A stretch of DNA of 64,000 nt from Botryllus schlosseri (Eukaryota), in assembly GCA_051294905.1 (NCBI GenBank), contig CM119372.1, positions 36,396,001 to 36,460,000 of the forward strand, given 5' to 3'. The position numbers were made by a program, and so were the translations under genes. Of this stretch, positions 1-13,630 are shown one piece after another. Each line of letters starts with the position of its first letter. Within the stretch, counting starts at the first letter, position 1. Below the pieces are notes generated by a model that was not told the DNA's origin, searched no databases, and was given only the letters and a program-made list of their open reading frames with translations.

Positions 1-1269
1 CTCCGCCTTTTCCAAATCTATTTTCGCCAAACTACTATAAAGATGCATGGTGATGTCGAGTTCAGTTGTAATAACATCATGTGCAAGCAAGTTGATGGTT
101 GTTGCCTCGAGATCTCCACTCGACTCCATGCCGACTTTACATCTAATACGATAGGTGGGGTTTCACGGAAAGAAATTGTTCGCTAGTACAGATCGGCTAT
201 TAATGTACCCTACTATCGCAACGTATAGATGACGCGTTTGTCGTGTTGAAAAAAGGGGCTCAATGTTAGGGTTTACCCTATTTTGGAATCCGGAAAGGAG
301 GACACCTCCTGTTACAAATCATAAAAAGTCCGATAATACTGTACCGATTTGTGCTGGAAATCATGTTGTGTTGACTAAAAAAAACGGTCAGCTTTCCGAC
401 TCGACTCCATAATTACTCACTGTTTTACGGTACTGCTTTGGTGTCTGCTAAACAAAAATATAATTTCTCCAGTCTTGCTCCCGAATGGCACGCTCTAACG
501 TCCGCATTTCAGGTCTCGTGTCCTTTATGGCGTTTTTTAGGTGAGCCTGAGCATGTCCATTAGCAAAAGGAGGATGCATTTCTAAAAAAGGGGACATTTA
601 GGCGTACTCTGAGACATTTTCGATGTCCTGAAAAAGTAGGACATATGGTAACCCTATTCAATATGATTAATTCAATGACGTTTAGCCATTTTAGAACTTT
701 TGTTGAAGTATCACAATTCGTCATAGTTTTTGGAAGATGGAGAACAATTTTGTTACATCGGTTTATCGAAACTGGAAAGTCTAGCCTACTTTACATTCAA
801 TGGCCCGCCCAATAACATTTGTGGGATTCATTGTGCCAGTTGAGACGTGAAATGACCATTTCAATTCTTGTCGAAGTCAGTGAGCTCCATGAGCTGGCCT
901 GGCCCTCCGTTTACGGCGTTCCGTAGCAATCCTACGATAAAAGGACTTAAACGCAAAATTTCATAACACTTTTCATTTCTAACCAAACGTGTCGAGATCT
1001 CGAGAACGCGTAGGCTATATGAGGTTAGAGAAAATCAGCTTTGTTGTCGCGAGACTACTAACTGTCCTGCGGGAAGCTTTTGTAGTTGAGATATATAAGT
1101 TGATAATATATGATCAACATATTATTATTACCGACCGCATGATTACAACAAATATTACAGATATAATTTTTAAAAGTGACCGAATCGATCGCTATAACTG
1201 ATGTTATGCAATGTCCCAACGTAATCACTGGTTGCGGTTGCTTGTCTCAAGTTTAAATTGTCACTTATT

Positions 1270-1640
1270 ACTTTGACAAAGTATTTTATTCGTCAGATTA
1301 TATTTCGTCTACCAAACACACTCACTAAATGCGATATACAAGACTCAATGCGATGTAATGAACAGATAGGAGGGTGCCGAGACGGCCAGCTACTGTTTCT
1401 TGATCTGGCATCAACCTTGGTCTAGTGCCCGATGCGATGTCATCGTCTTTTTCATGTTCATTTTTTATTCGCGGTTCTTTTTAGTCGCACTTTCTTCCTC
1501 TTGCTTTTCTTTCGTTCTTCATCGGGTCTTAACAACAGCAACATGTGGGACGAGAAGCCCAGAATAATATCCGACAGCGGGACTTGAACCCGGGCTGACG
1601 CCCGGCATTTCGCTATCCCCCCACGGATGACTACCGCAGT
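1270..1640 (-). mobile_element. tRNA-derived SINE (relative of the 16760 copy)
   Basis: Minus strand: B-box GGTTCAAGTCCC, core GTCGGATATTATTCTGGGCTTCTC, shared tail CTCCTATCTGTTCATTACATCGCATTG. Confidence 0.6.
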
Positions 1641-3697
1641 CGATGGTAAGTTTATTTTGTGAACTGGTCCATTCACTCATTGCTGTCTGTGTGAACTGTG
1701 AAGCATGTTCTGAGTGGTGCGCCATAATAAAAATGACGCCTCCCACACTTTATTGAGATTTAGATTTGTATTAATGCAATGCCGATTCCAAGCACGCGGT
1801 AATGAAGCAAGGATGTGGCAGGTAGGGCATCCACCGTAACTGCAGCCATCTTATCACGCAAATAACTCGATGCACTGTGGTAACCCCACGCATGGAAGAA
1901 GCAGAAGACCCTCGCTTTGAATGATAGATTAGAAGGATTTCTCATCTCGGTGTTATATTGACTGACATTTACCGAAATTTTGTAGCGTAACAATTCGTTA
2001 CCAATACATGCTGTCAACTCAACATGCAATTATTATTAACCGCATGATTACGACAAGAGGGTCAAGCTGATGTTGACCGTTACGGCTGTTCAGTAACATT
2101 ATGCTTGATACGACGTAATCACTATGTTGCGTCAGATATCTCAAATGTACGTATTTTAAATTATCATCTGGCATCTTGAAAGGTGATTTTAATCAGGATT
2201 TTGAGTCTTATAGGTTACTTTGACCACGTCGAATAGCTCGTGAAAAGAGCTCGAATGTCCCTGCGATGGATGCTTGGATGAGGGTCACAATGGCTATAGG
2301 ATCACTACAAGAATATTATTTGGACGAAGTATACTCGCCCATGCGGGAGCCTAATACGCGCTGGCAATTTAATTGGCACAGACGCACAATATTTCCACAT
2401 TCACTAATGATATGCGCTAAGCTATGTAAATTACTGCAACGATATTAACATCAAACAAAGATAGAATACATCAGATACGACTTGATTATACATCTTCTGA
2501 CACAGAGTAACAGACGAAAAAGTAAAAGTAACACAGTCAATTTCTACTCAATTGCAATAGCCATTCCCAAGACATGCCAAATCTACTTCAAGTAGAAGTA
2601 GATAAGATAATAAAAGGTCAGAAAAGTATTCCTACTCATGTACCAAATTATAGTTTCAAAACGTAGATTTCTTCCAGGGATCGCATACTTTTAGCAGTTT
2701 TGAAACTGAATGATGCATCATCGCGATTAATGTAGAAGGGCTCTAATCTAGGGTTCCGATATTTTGGAAATCTGAAAATAGGACACTTTTTAAAATTTCC
2801 AGACTTGCAACATCGGAGGTAAATCTGGAAAAAATGGTAAATTTTTCCCACATAGTAGTCGGTTGACTTGAAAAAAAGGTCAACTTTCACGCTCAGCGCC
2901 CAAAATACAGTTTTTCTTTTGCATTTTCAATTGGTTGACTAAATAAAAGGGTCAACTTTACAGCCCAGCTCCAGAAATACCCGCCTGAGCATTACTTACT
3001 GCTGATTACTGTATCTCAGTCGAGTTTTGCCCAATATTTAATCAAAATTCTCAAAAAAGAGGACAAAATCTCCCAAAAAGAGGACATTTGGGATGGCAAC
3101 ATCCTCGCCATCTCATCCGTGTAAGCCAGGGACGGGCAACACGTCCCGCCACGTGATATTTAGCGCCCCGCAGAGTTTCCGGCCGTACATAATAATGTGG
3201 CCCGCGGCTAAAAGTGTCACCACAAACCACAAACAGCACTACAAATAGGACTAATTTACGGAATTATAATCATGCAGCCATCAACAGCAATTCCAGTCAA
3301 TTGTAAAGCAAACCTACCACCTATCCCAATACGACTTCCTACTCTTTAAAACAAACATTGTCTAACGTTAGTGCATTATGTTTCATAACAGAAGTGGACG
3401 TAGCCTAAAACAATAACCATAAATGGAGCATATAAAACAACTATCTGAGTATAACCTATCCTCAAAAAAGTACAGCTATGCTTTGTTACTTTTTTCACCT
3501 CTGCAATCAGCCGACCTAGCAGTCAGACGCTTTACGACAGCGTATAATCTCGTGTGAGGCTATGGCACACGAGAGAACCGTTTGCGCCCAAAATTAAAAA
3601 AAAAATGTCACTACAAATATAGCATGACTACCGCTGCTTAAATCGTATTAATCCATAAGTTCTGTAATTGTACTCCTAATCGCCCTCGGGATTTGAC

Positions 3698-4693
3698 ATG
3701 ACGGAACGCAGCAACAAATCAGGTCTATTCACTACGTCGGCATATGCAGGTGTGAAATCAGAGAATGAAGTGGAAGCTGCGGCCAAAATTTGGAAAGACC
3801 GGATGATTCTGTCTTGCACGTCAGGACTCTTTCTATTCGTGACATGTTGGATTGGGGTCGCGCTCGGCAGGTCGTACGTGTGTTACAGCGCTCACAAGAG
3901 AACTTCACAGGCGAAGAAGTTGATAGAGTTCTGTTCCCTCTGCTGCGCTATTTTGTCAGCGTGCGAGTTCGCAGTTGATATATTCGAAAAGGTTTTCGTC
4001 AGTCACTTAGTCCCTCATCTCTGCAGTAGCACGAAGTATTCAAAAATCGTTCTTAGCAGAGTCGCGCTTATGTCGTCGTACTTTGTCTTTTGGATGCGTC
4101 AAAGATCATTGCTTACGGAACCGATATTGAAGTATTCCACGCCCTATCACATGCGTGTACTGAGTTGGATTTCCCTCGCCACCTTGGTAACATTTCCAGT
4201 CGCTAACGCTGGCATCTACGCGACTGTCTACAAGTTTTCTATGACGCCACGGGGCTGTATAATAATCGCGTCGAATGCCCCACCCTCGATGTCATTGATG
4301 GCAAGTATTCTTTCTTCGTCGGTAATCCACTCGCTACTCATCTACCCATTCGCAAAGCTCCTAAAAAAACACGCCAAGAGTGTAGAAATGACAGGAGTCG
4401 TTCTGAAACCGGTTATAATCCGGGCGTTGTCGTGCGAGTGTGTCTGCGCGTTATCCGATATCATAACTTTCGGTCTTTGTGCGTTCAAAGGATCTGTAGA
4501 CGTATGGCTCATCGATATCTTGTTTCAAGGAAGCATCGCCGTCAACACTATCATGGTGGTTGTTGCTTTTACGAGCTGGAAAAAGATTTTGATTCCGCGA
4601 TGCACGCAGCACCGAAAGACAGATCTTGTGAACTTTGTAATTGTGGTCATGGGTTCACCCTCGACGGGGACTCGCGCGATCCGAATGGACTAA
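3698..4693 (+). CDS. Intronless 7-transmembrane (GPCR-like) orphan receptor, 331 aa
   Basis: Longest host-like single-exon ORF with a true ATG start. It has about seven hydrophobic segments (e.g. LSCTSGLFLFVTCWIGVALG, VALMSSYFVFW, VLSWISLATLVTFPVANAGIYATVY, LMASILSSSVIHSLLIYPF, VNTIMVVVAF), Cys before TM3 and in extracellular loop 2 (RGCII), and a basic FWMRQR motif after TM3. Family not identifiable from sequence alone. Confidence 0.75.
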   Translation: MTERSNKSGLFTTSAYAGVKSENEVEAAAKIWKDRMILSCTSGLFLFVTCWIGVALGRSYVCYSAHKRTSQAKKLIEFCSLCCAILSACEFAVDIFEKVFVSHLVPHLCSSTKYSKIVLSRVALMSSYFVFWMRQRSLLTEPILKYSTPYHMRVLSWISLATLVTFPVANAGIYATVYKFSMTPRGCIIIASNAPPSMSLMASILSSSVIHSLLIYPFAKLLKKHAKSVEMTGVVLKPVIIRALSCECVCALSDIITFGLCAFKGSVDVWLIDILFQGSIAVNTIMVVVAFTSWKKILIPRCTQHRKTDLVNFVIVVMGSPSTGTRAIRMD

Positions 4694-4942
4694 CGCCACT
4701 ATATGCATGATGTATATAATATATAGATATGAACGCGACGTAGAGAAGAGCATTCTTTTTCGATCGCTGCATCCTCCGAAATGTATTCGTTCCTGATACA
4801 ATAACACAACGTGAGGAACAACATTCCAAATTCATGAGATGCGTATTTGTCTCTAATGTTATTGCTTTTTCCAAGTAACCAGATGAAGCCACCTAAATAT
4901 TGATTTCGTATTCTGAAACAGATCAAGTTTGTGCCTATAGGC

Positions 4943-5258
4943 AGGGTTGCCGTACGTCCGTTTTTCTCACATTTCTCTTCATTCTAAATAGCGTTGTCTG
5001 ATAAGACTAAATAGTCTGTATTGTTCACATCCGTCCGTATTTTTGACTCGTGTAAGAGTTTGTCGTTTGTAATTATTTCCGGCACTAAGGCCGTGATCCC
5101 GGACTGGGCGAAATATATGACATCATCGTAGTGATCCGGTTAACGCAAAGATTGGAAATAGGTGATATTAGGAGTGGACAAACATCAGCTACTCATCAGC
5201 TATATACTTGGAGTATTCGGATGCCCTACGTTTTATATCAATATCGATGGCAACCCTG
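4943..5258. mobile_element. hAT-type MITE (CAGGGTTGCC ends)
   Basis: CAGGGTTGCCGT...ATGGCAACCCTG with a near-TSD CCTATAGG / CCTATACG. Related GGGTT(G/A)CCATA elements with AGGAC-rich subtermini occur at about 268-653, 2749-3103, 12118-12384 and 32767-33166. Confidence 0.6.
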
Positions 5259-8200
5259 CCTATACGACCATACGTGGTTCTCAAAAGTATGGGTCGCCGA
5301 GGACAGTGAAAACATCTATTCCAAGTATAGCTTAGGCTACTATAATCATAGATGCAGCCATTTACTGGCTGGTACAGAATTTTCTTCGCGCAATCGTGGA
5401 TATTGCATGTCTATTGTCTATATACGGCGTTAGCAACTAGCCAATATAAGGTCGTCGCAAACAATTTGTTACGACAATCCGACCCGATCATAAATTTCAT
5501 TCCTATCCTTTTCTTAACGGAATTCCATCATATTTTACATAAAAGTTTTACTGACAATTTGTAGCCTATCTCAGTAGAAACCCCCAGTACACACGTGCAA
5601 TAGCCTTGCAACTTAAAGAGAAAGAGATAATTGGTGTTCGGCCACTGACATATCACAGTCACGTTTGCCACGGTTACTCCGGTGAGCCTGTTACCGCTTA
5701 CTGCGGGAATGGGTAAAGTCGGGTCTCGGAAAATATAATTTATAGAAGCCGTGATTTATATAGTCAAAACAACCTTCAGCATGTCGCGGGCGTAAGTTGC
5801 TGTTCAATGTGCGGTTTGGCAAAATCACGGTCTAAAATTTTTAAAAACAAATCGCCAATGAGTGGCAATAGAACATCAATAGTGAATATATCCACAGTGA
5901 GTCTTGGGTATAACTCGAAAGTAAACAATCGCTGTGTAGTTTTGATAGTTTTTGAAACTGTTTGCAAGTTATCGGTATTTACCAATCAAATGAAGTGCCT
6001 TATTGTTGTTACGCTATGAGCTGCCGATTTTATACATAGTGAAAGACTGTGCCCCAGTGACGTAGTGCGACGAGGTTCATGGCTGATGAGCCACCAAACC
6101 TCCCCCATACTCACACACCCACACCCCCCCCCTACACACACACACACACCTTTAAATTAACTGATAAATATACACAAATATGTAAATAACAACAGCAAGA
6201 AAAGGCGGGCAGGTGAAAGCGTTTTTTTAATTGCCCACTCTTAGCCGTTGCAATTCTACAACACATATTAAAATTTTACCTACAGTGAAATATTCAGTTA
6301 TTTAAGACAGATTGCTCGACGAAACAGACGAAAGGAAAACGAAAAGTAATTTTATTTAATGTTTTACTTTAGGTTTTATATTCTCAATTGTCCTTTGTTC
6401 GTCAATTTCTTTTTTACACGATTGAAATGGATACTGTATCAACAACACTAAATATGTCACCTGCTAACGTCAAGTTAAATTGTTGAAAACATCATTCAGA
6501 CTGTGGAAAATCAGGGTGATATTCATGATGAGGGATGCAGAATATATATAACCTACAAGGCTAGCTGATTAAGTTGGCGACCTGTTTCTCATCACATTAG
6601 CCATCTTCACACTTAGGCTATTTAGGCTGCTCCTCGCCATCTGATCCGCATAAACGGTGTCATACAAAAGTCTAGAAGTGGTCCGTGATACAAGTCGGCA
6701 GATATGGAATCATGATGTAGGCAGGATATCGGCATGTGTAAATGATCATTGCAGTCGAAAAACATCATAAATGCCACAAACAACAACAACGCAGGCTATG
6801 TGAGTAGCTATTACATACCAAAATTTAAGATAGGTGTGAATGGGGAATTACATTACAGCTACATCGCGAAGGGAATGTATTTGCTCGGCATTACGAATGA
6901 TGGGTGAAAAAATGTTCAAATTTAGTTATTCATGATCTTCGAGGCAGAACATCATAATCATTGAAGGGTTTCACAATTTTTTCATACTTGTACCGCAGAC
7001 AGGTGAGGCACTGCCTCACTTGCCTCCCCTGACCACACATCACTGCTGTACACCCGGGAGGGAATTGGTGGTCAGCCTTTTATCAGATTTCATTTGACCA
7101 CGATGATATTTTCTTTCGTTTACCTTTGCTATCACTTCAGGAAACGAGAAAGCATGTCTTTGCAGTATTCAGTGTCATGTGCTCATACAGTGGAAAAGTA
7201 CCCAACGATGGTATTGATTTTGTAAAGTAGAAGATATGATTTTGGGATATACCTGCAGTACCTTTATGACCGATTTGTCATAAGAACTGATCGAAAGACC
7301 CCTACGTCACGGTAATAGAATATATTTACGAAAATGACACCTATTTGTGTAGCAACCGGCCCATTCGGAATGTATATGTGATAATTGTTCATTGCTATTG
7401 CGGTAGTGTTGTGGGGGCCACAAAGTGTCTGGTTCCGACTAGCTGGAATGGACACTTGGTGAACCCATGACAATGCCTGTTCCTTCTTGTCAAAGCTGGG
7501 TGCCGCGAGGACGTATAATAAAGTTCTCTGAAAACGATTGTTGCATCTCTTAACGTCGACAATATCATGAGTTCTTCCACATTTGTAGCTTCATCAGTCA
7601 TTCTGCGGTGTAGTCTCTAAGGCCCTTTTCATACCGGGGTTCCGGGAATAACATTTCTCGAAAATGTTTACCGGAACCTCTCTATGTGAACATAACACTG
7701 GTTTTCCGGGGCGGTATGAACGCGCTTATTTTCGGAGATTTTTACGGGACCGACCGAGTATGAACGCGAATGCCGCAGCTGGGTTCCCGGAACGCTGTCA
7801 ATCAAACTTTTAGTTACGGTAACGCGCTGTTCATTCAGGCTGCTTGTATTTCGAGGTCAGCTACCTGCGGCATTTTGATCTTCTTGTGTAATGGTGTTGG
7901 AAATGCATTATTCTTGGATTTATATTCTGTATGCTCACAATACGTAGTCACTGACTACTAGTCAGCTTCTTTTTTCTGTGGTTTTGTAAACAGAGCACGG
8001 CTAAAAAGGTAGAACACCATCTCCAAATGAATTGATGCAGCATTGGGTGAGTTGCCTGAAAACTTTAGGACTTCAACACTAATTTGGTAGGTGATCTTAA
8101 CCCTTACCAAATTTGTTACATCAAAGGCAAGTTTCTAACCATGGATATGCTGTGCGTAGGTTAGTCACCGTCATGAAAAGGGGATTTAGTAACATCTGCT

Positions 8201-8559
8201 TTGATAGTGGCAGCAGCAGCACAGCAGAGAATGATGTCCTTAGCTCTGAATCACTAACCAAAATCGAAATTGTACCACTGAATCACTAACCAAAATCGAA
8301 ATTGTACCAACGCGCTGGTAAACCATCATACATCATCCAAGCCATAATTTGGTTTTCACCTATGCCTTCATTTTCTTGTTCCAACCTAGTCATTCCTTTG
8401 CTATGCAATGTTAGGTAAGTGTAACTTAATCTGATCTTTCTGCAGGTCTAGATGGAGGATACTGATGAAAAAGGTGGAACTGTGCAAGTGTGCATCTAGT
8501 TATAATTTCTCTCATGAATAAAAAAACACATCTGGTTAAGCAAGAGCACTGTTTATTGA

Positions 8560-8735
8560 GGAAGTCACACAGGGCATTTCCGACGTCTGGGCGAGCGATA
8601 CTTGGATCACCACCAGGTCTTGTCTTCATTGCGTATACCATCCTCAGTATCATTCTGGCCTTAGCGGATTGCAGTTTCTGAGCAAAGCCGAACACCGCGC
8701 CTTCAGTCGACCAAAATCTTTCAACCTTCATGTGT
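8560..8735 (-). pseudogene. Harbinger transposase C-terminal DDE relic
   Basis: MKVER-(frameshift)-FGRLKARCSALLRN matches the conserved VExxFGRLKxRWRxL motif around the catalytic Glu. Confidence 0.7.
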
Positions 8736-9002
8736 GTTTCTGAAAAAGCAATTGTGAATTTTAAGGACAGCAGAAAGGAAATTTATATTACATATTTGAA
8801 ATTAGCTTTAGCAGAGGGAAAAGGCTTCATGAGCCGGGGCTGAAAGGGATAGGCTGCGTCATCAGTTATGTAGGCTAGTACGGAACCCTCTGGCTCCCAA
8901 TCATGAATTTTTGTCCACCCACAACACTCATACAAAGTACTGGAATTTCAAAATGCGCAACTTTAACTAGAACTACTCAATTTTTTAAACTAGCAACTAG
9001 AA

Positions 9003-9651
9003 CGGGGGTGGCCAACCTTTTCAGCCAAATCGCCACATTCGATTGACGAACTATTCTGCGGGCCACTAGCCGCGCCAAGCGCGAAAATTTTTGGAAGTTG
9101 ATAAATTAATAATATTGTCACTTGACTATATTGCAAGCCTGCTGTCATATCGCTGGACTCAGTTTGCAAGGACAGGACTATTCGGCACCTGGACATATCG
9201 ATATCGAAAGCTTTGTCCAACATGCAGCAATCATTTTGTGCCTAGGTTTCATAGTCGACGGTCTTTCTGCGAGTGCAAACGGGAGGTCGCGAATATATAT
9301 ATAGTTAGACTCAATCTGATACATTATGCGTTCTTTCATTTTCACAAAGGGGTAACAATATTAAAAGCAAGAAATCGAGTGACAAGATGTTGCGCTAAGC
9401 GTTTTTACTTTTGATAAATATATCGCAAGGTATTCTGCTTCATTGTAGTGTACGAAGATCTACCAAAATGTGACTGGCTCATAGATATACAATGCGTCGG
9501 AACTGATATTTCAGTCATCAGATATCAAGTGTTGCGGCCAGACTAATCAAATTTTTGATTTTCCTTGCAAGTTCACAATCTGTGCATTCCATTTTTGATA
9601 ATACTACCAATTTCGGAATTTAACTCGCGGGCCACGGGTTGGCAGGCCCTG
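9003..9651. mobile_element. hAT-type MITE nested in an AACTAGAACT-repeat MITE inside the Harbinger element
   Basis: Ends CGGGGGTGGCCAACC...GGTTGGCAGGCCCTG. 8-bp TSD AACTAGAA at 8995-9002 and 9652-9659. A related left end recurs at about 63867. Confidence 0.75.
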
Positions 9652-10879
9652 AACTAGAACTATCAACTTTTCAAAATCTGCAATTAGAACTACTCACTTT
9701 CAAATATCCGCAACTAGAACCATAAACTATTCACTTTTTCAAATCCACAACTAGAACTACTCAGTTTTAGTAACTAAAAGTAACTAAATGAGTAGGTTGA
9801 TGTACATTGTACATGTCTGACTACACTACAAAAATATACAAATTTAGTCTCATTTTCAGCAATTTCAGTCTTAATAAGTGAGCAGGGTTGTAAACAAGTC
9901 ACAAGTCGATCCCACTTCAATAGTTTTGACTAGATTCAAGTCGGGTCATTTTCAATTTACCACCGAGTCAAATCCGAGTCCAACTCATCGAGCAGAGCGT
10001 CGAGTTCGAGTCATGGTTTTATGACTCGAGTCCGAGTCCAAGTCATTGTGTTGACTGCTCAGTTTCCAGTTTAAGTCTATTGTCCATCAATTTGGGTCTT
10101 ACTTTTGAGACAGAAAGTAGCCTACTTGGCAAGAACAATTGGTCTTTCAGACTTCTTTTCTGACATAATGATTCAAGACCAAATTTGTCTGACCTTTTTG
10201 TAGTGGTATGCTACGCAAAAACTGGCTGACATTCCGCCATGACAAATATAAAAATATTACTATACACAAGGGCTGGGCAAAATCGAGAACCTGAGTGATT
10301 CGATTCTGAATCACTTATAACGCTTCGAGTCGAGTCGAGTATCATCATGATGACATCACAGCACAATGTACTATGCCAAAATTCGAATGTGTAGGCTACC
10401 TTTTATGCCACCACAAAGAAAATAACGCCTATTGTCCGTCACATTAAAGATACTTTGGTGTTTTGTCGACCATGCCGTTTTCATTGCACTGCTTGACAGT
10501 GTTATGGCCTTATGGGATGGTCATGACTTTGGAAATGTGTTATTTCCAGCACCGTTCGTAGCTTTGTACTATATCTCGTATGTTACGACACAGCCAATCA
10601 AGGTTTCAAGGCTTACTCAGTGGAAAATAGTATCAAAACTACGGTATAATTCTCGTTAGTAAATCAACTTTCAGTATAATTTCAGTACTCGAAAAATAGT
10701 ATTTTAGTACTCGACTCGAATCATTAAAGTTAATACTCGATTCAGATTCGAGTACTCGAATCATTGTGGCTAGCCCGACAAGGCACCATCAATTATTTTT
10801 ATTAAAATCAACTTGTTTGTTTGTTTTGGGGTATTCATGGTGTTTGTCGACTACTATGGTCATTTACACCAGGCCGATA

Positions 10880-11170
10880 TTCTTCTTATTTTCCGTAACT
10901 GCCGACTTACCGTATAGCACGGCCCACCTCTAGGCTTTTGTAAGACACCAACTTGTGACAGTTGCCTTCTTAAATAAAATACATCTGATGTTTACCTGGA
11001 TCTATAAACGATTGGCTTCATTGGCTAGCCTCCAAAGAGCGACAGCTACTCATCAAGCAAGAGAAATTGAGTTCGTATAATTTGCTGGCTGCTTTTCGTT
11101 ATGGTCTCGAAGCTCGTCGCAGAGTATACCAAATGTTTCTCTGACGGATTTCTTGAATTCCCTGGTTTCT
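10880..11170 (-). pseudogene. Harbinger (HARBI1-like) transposase N-terminal/HTH relic
   Basis: Manual translation: ...SVRETFGILCDELRDH...NSISLA**VAVALWRLAN...LYGKSAV. This matches the FRMSRxTFxxLC / VAVALWRLA / GKSTV signature. Contains stops. Confidence 0.75.
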
Positions 11171-13630
11171 CTGTACAGTGTACATAAGACTAGATTTACC
11201 CAAACCATTATACAGCAATCACAAAGATAAACTGACTTTGTCGAACGCAGATGTGATCGGTGGTTCTTTTCATTCCAGGACTCTATCCTCTTTGCTGGCT
11301 TTCAGTTTCTGCTCTCAGCTTCGGTTGATAATACAATATACAAGCCAGGAACATGCTCGGGCTCTATTACTGATACAGGTATATTGAGTATATAGAGCCC
11401 CATACACATTGAGAAGGCACATCCGCAACATCCCATAGCTAAAAGTTGGAGCCAACTTCTCCACATCTCACGAATATGCCTCTCCCACGTCGTTTTCCAC
11501 AAGCATATTACAACTGGAACACCCCACAGACATGGTTTCGTAACTATCAACACTTACGGAGAATCGCGTTCATACTGGCCATAATTTCCCGCGAATTTAC
11601 CGAAAAAACGACCTGTATGAACAGAAGTTCGCGGTAACTCTAAATAGGTATGAACGCGCTCTTTTCCCGGAACTGTTTCGGTAATTTTTTCTCTATGTGA
11701 ACATCGCCTGTTTCGGAACTTGTTACCGAAAGAGTTTCGTAAATCCGGTATGAAAAGGGCCTAAGATGCACTTTCCAATTCCGCAAGTACAAACCTCCGA
11801 TTTACTGCTAAAAGTATATGCTATTCCTCGGTCCAAACTACTTTTTAAATCTACAGACCTGGGTACTTCTCAGACATTCATTTACCACTTCTATTTGAAG
11901 CAGTTTTGCTATGTCTTAAAAATCGCTACTTCTACTTAATTGTAATTCAGTAGAGATTTATGGCGATGCTTCTACTAGAGTTCAGCGCTGACTACTCTGA
12001 TAACCTCTAGGAAAGGGGGAGAATGAAAGAAGACCAGAATGGTAAGTCGACTCTAAAGGTTACAAACGCAAGGCCATTGAGATTAAGAAATGTATTAAGG
12101 CTCAAAGCGATAAGCATAGGGTTACCATATTGTCAGATCTGGAAAAGAGAATACGACACTTTTTACAGGCTGCAAAAGTTACCATGGCGAACGTGTAAAA
12201 GGGTGAAATTTTAATTTGTACAGAGCAATTTCATTGGGTTGACTAAAAAAAGTCGTTAGTTCGGCCAACATCTCGCGTCAGTCATGGCCTTTTTGGGCAT
12301 TTTAGTCTGTAAAGGAGGACAAATTACCAAAAGGAAGACAAATCCTTCTAAATGAGGACGTATGATGGTTAGTTGGTTACCCTATAGATAAACACCATTG
12401 TTATCGTTGCTGTGTTAATAACATTAGGAATAATAATTTCATGTTCTAGCGCTCTAATTGCATTTATGTGGCACTATGAGTAACACATACTCTGCAAATA
12501 TCATGCCGGTGGCTCGTTGATGCCCTGGTCTGACAGCAGGTGTTCCTTACTCCGAACCAGTCATTCTAAACCTGTGTAATTTCAAACGACAATGTTATAA
12601 TCGATCGATGTTCTGTTTCTATAATCCAGTGGTTTTCAAACTATGGTACGCGAGACCTTTTCAGGTCGTACGCGAACGGATCGGCGATTTTTAATTGTAT
12701 ACAGTCTACAATTTTCTGTTCTTTACAGTAAACCACTATAAATATACACATGATGCACAATTACTACAGTTGTGCAGCAATTTCACGATGGTATCATTGA
12801 GCCACACTGGATTCACATTGAAGAGGACCAAGCATCCGGTGATATTGGTTAGCTGGGCTACTAGGGCTAACATACTAATGCATCAGTGTAGCAAGGAAGA
12901 TGCATTATTTTTCCGGCTATCTGGTTAGCATACTAATGCATCAGTACAAGATGGTCGATAAATTTTAACCACGTCTAATACGAAGAATGTTTGCTACTGT
13001 GCGCGTGGTTAGTATAGGAAAACCGTTTTTAGCTTGATCATGCACCCCAGCCTGCTGTTAAGATGGCACCTTGATTAATAGAAATGCATAAAAGAAGCAT
13101 TTAGATCCCCTGCCTTGGCGTGTTAGTGCGAGGAAGGGCTTTCGGTCATTAGGAGGCCATATGGCCACTAGGGTTGTTCAAAAATATTTTTTTTCCAAAT
13201 TTCACTCGCTTAGTCATAAAATTGTCACGTTGCCTGAAAAAACGATATACACCAGAGTTCAGTCAATTCCGACCAGTAAAGGCCGTGCAATCTTGAATTG
13301 TAATTTCGACCATTTTTGAATTCATAGAATTTGCGGTGGCAGATTTCAACACTTCGGTATGACCAAACATCTTGTTCCAGGCCTGTCTGAACCTGAAGTG
13401 AGAACTATGCTTTTTTTCACGCGTTTACATCTTGATAAAGGCCTGTGATATAGTTTGGATGATGAAATTGCTAATATATGAAAATTGAATGTGACATGCA
13501 CTGATAAGCTGGAACTACATTGAGAGAGCCTCGTAAAAACGATAGTGATATAGGCTACATCGCATATGAATACTTTCAGCACTGAAATACTGGACCATAA
13601 ATGAAAAATAAATTGCCAAGGAGGTAAAAT

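Larger units (their letters stand above)
7621..11761 (-). mobile_element. Decayed PIF/Harbinger DNA transposon with nested insertions
   Basis: 17-bp TIR GGCCCTTTTCATACCGG / CCGGTATGAAAAGGGCC. 3-bp TAA TSD at 7618-7620 and 11762-11764. Harbinger transposase relics lie inside on the minus strand. Confidence 0.88.
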
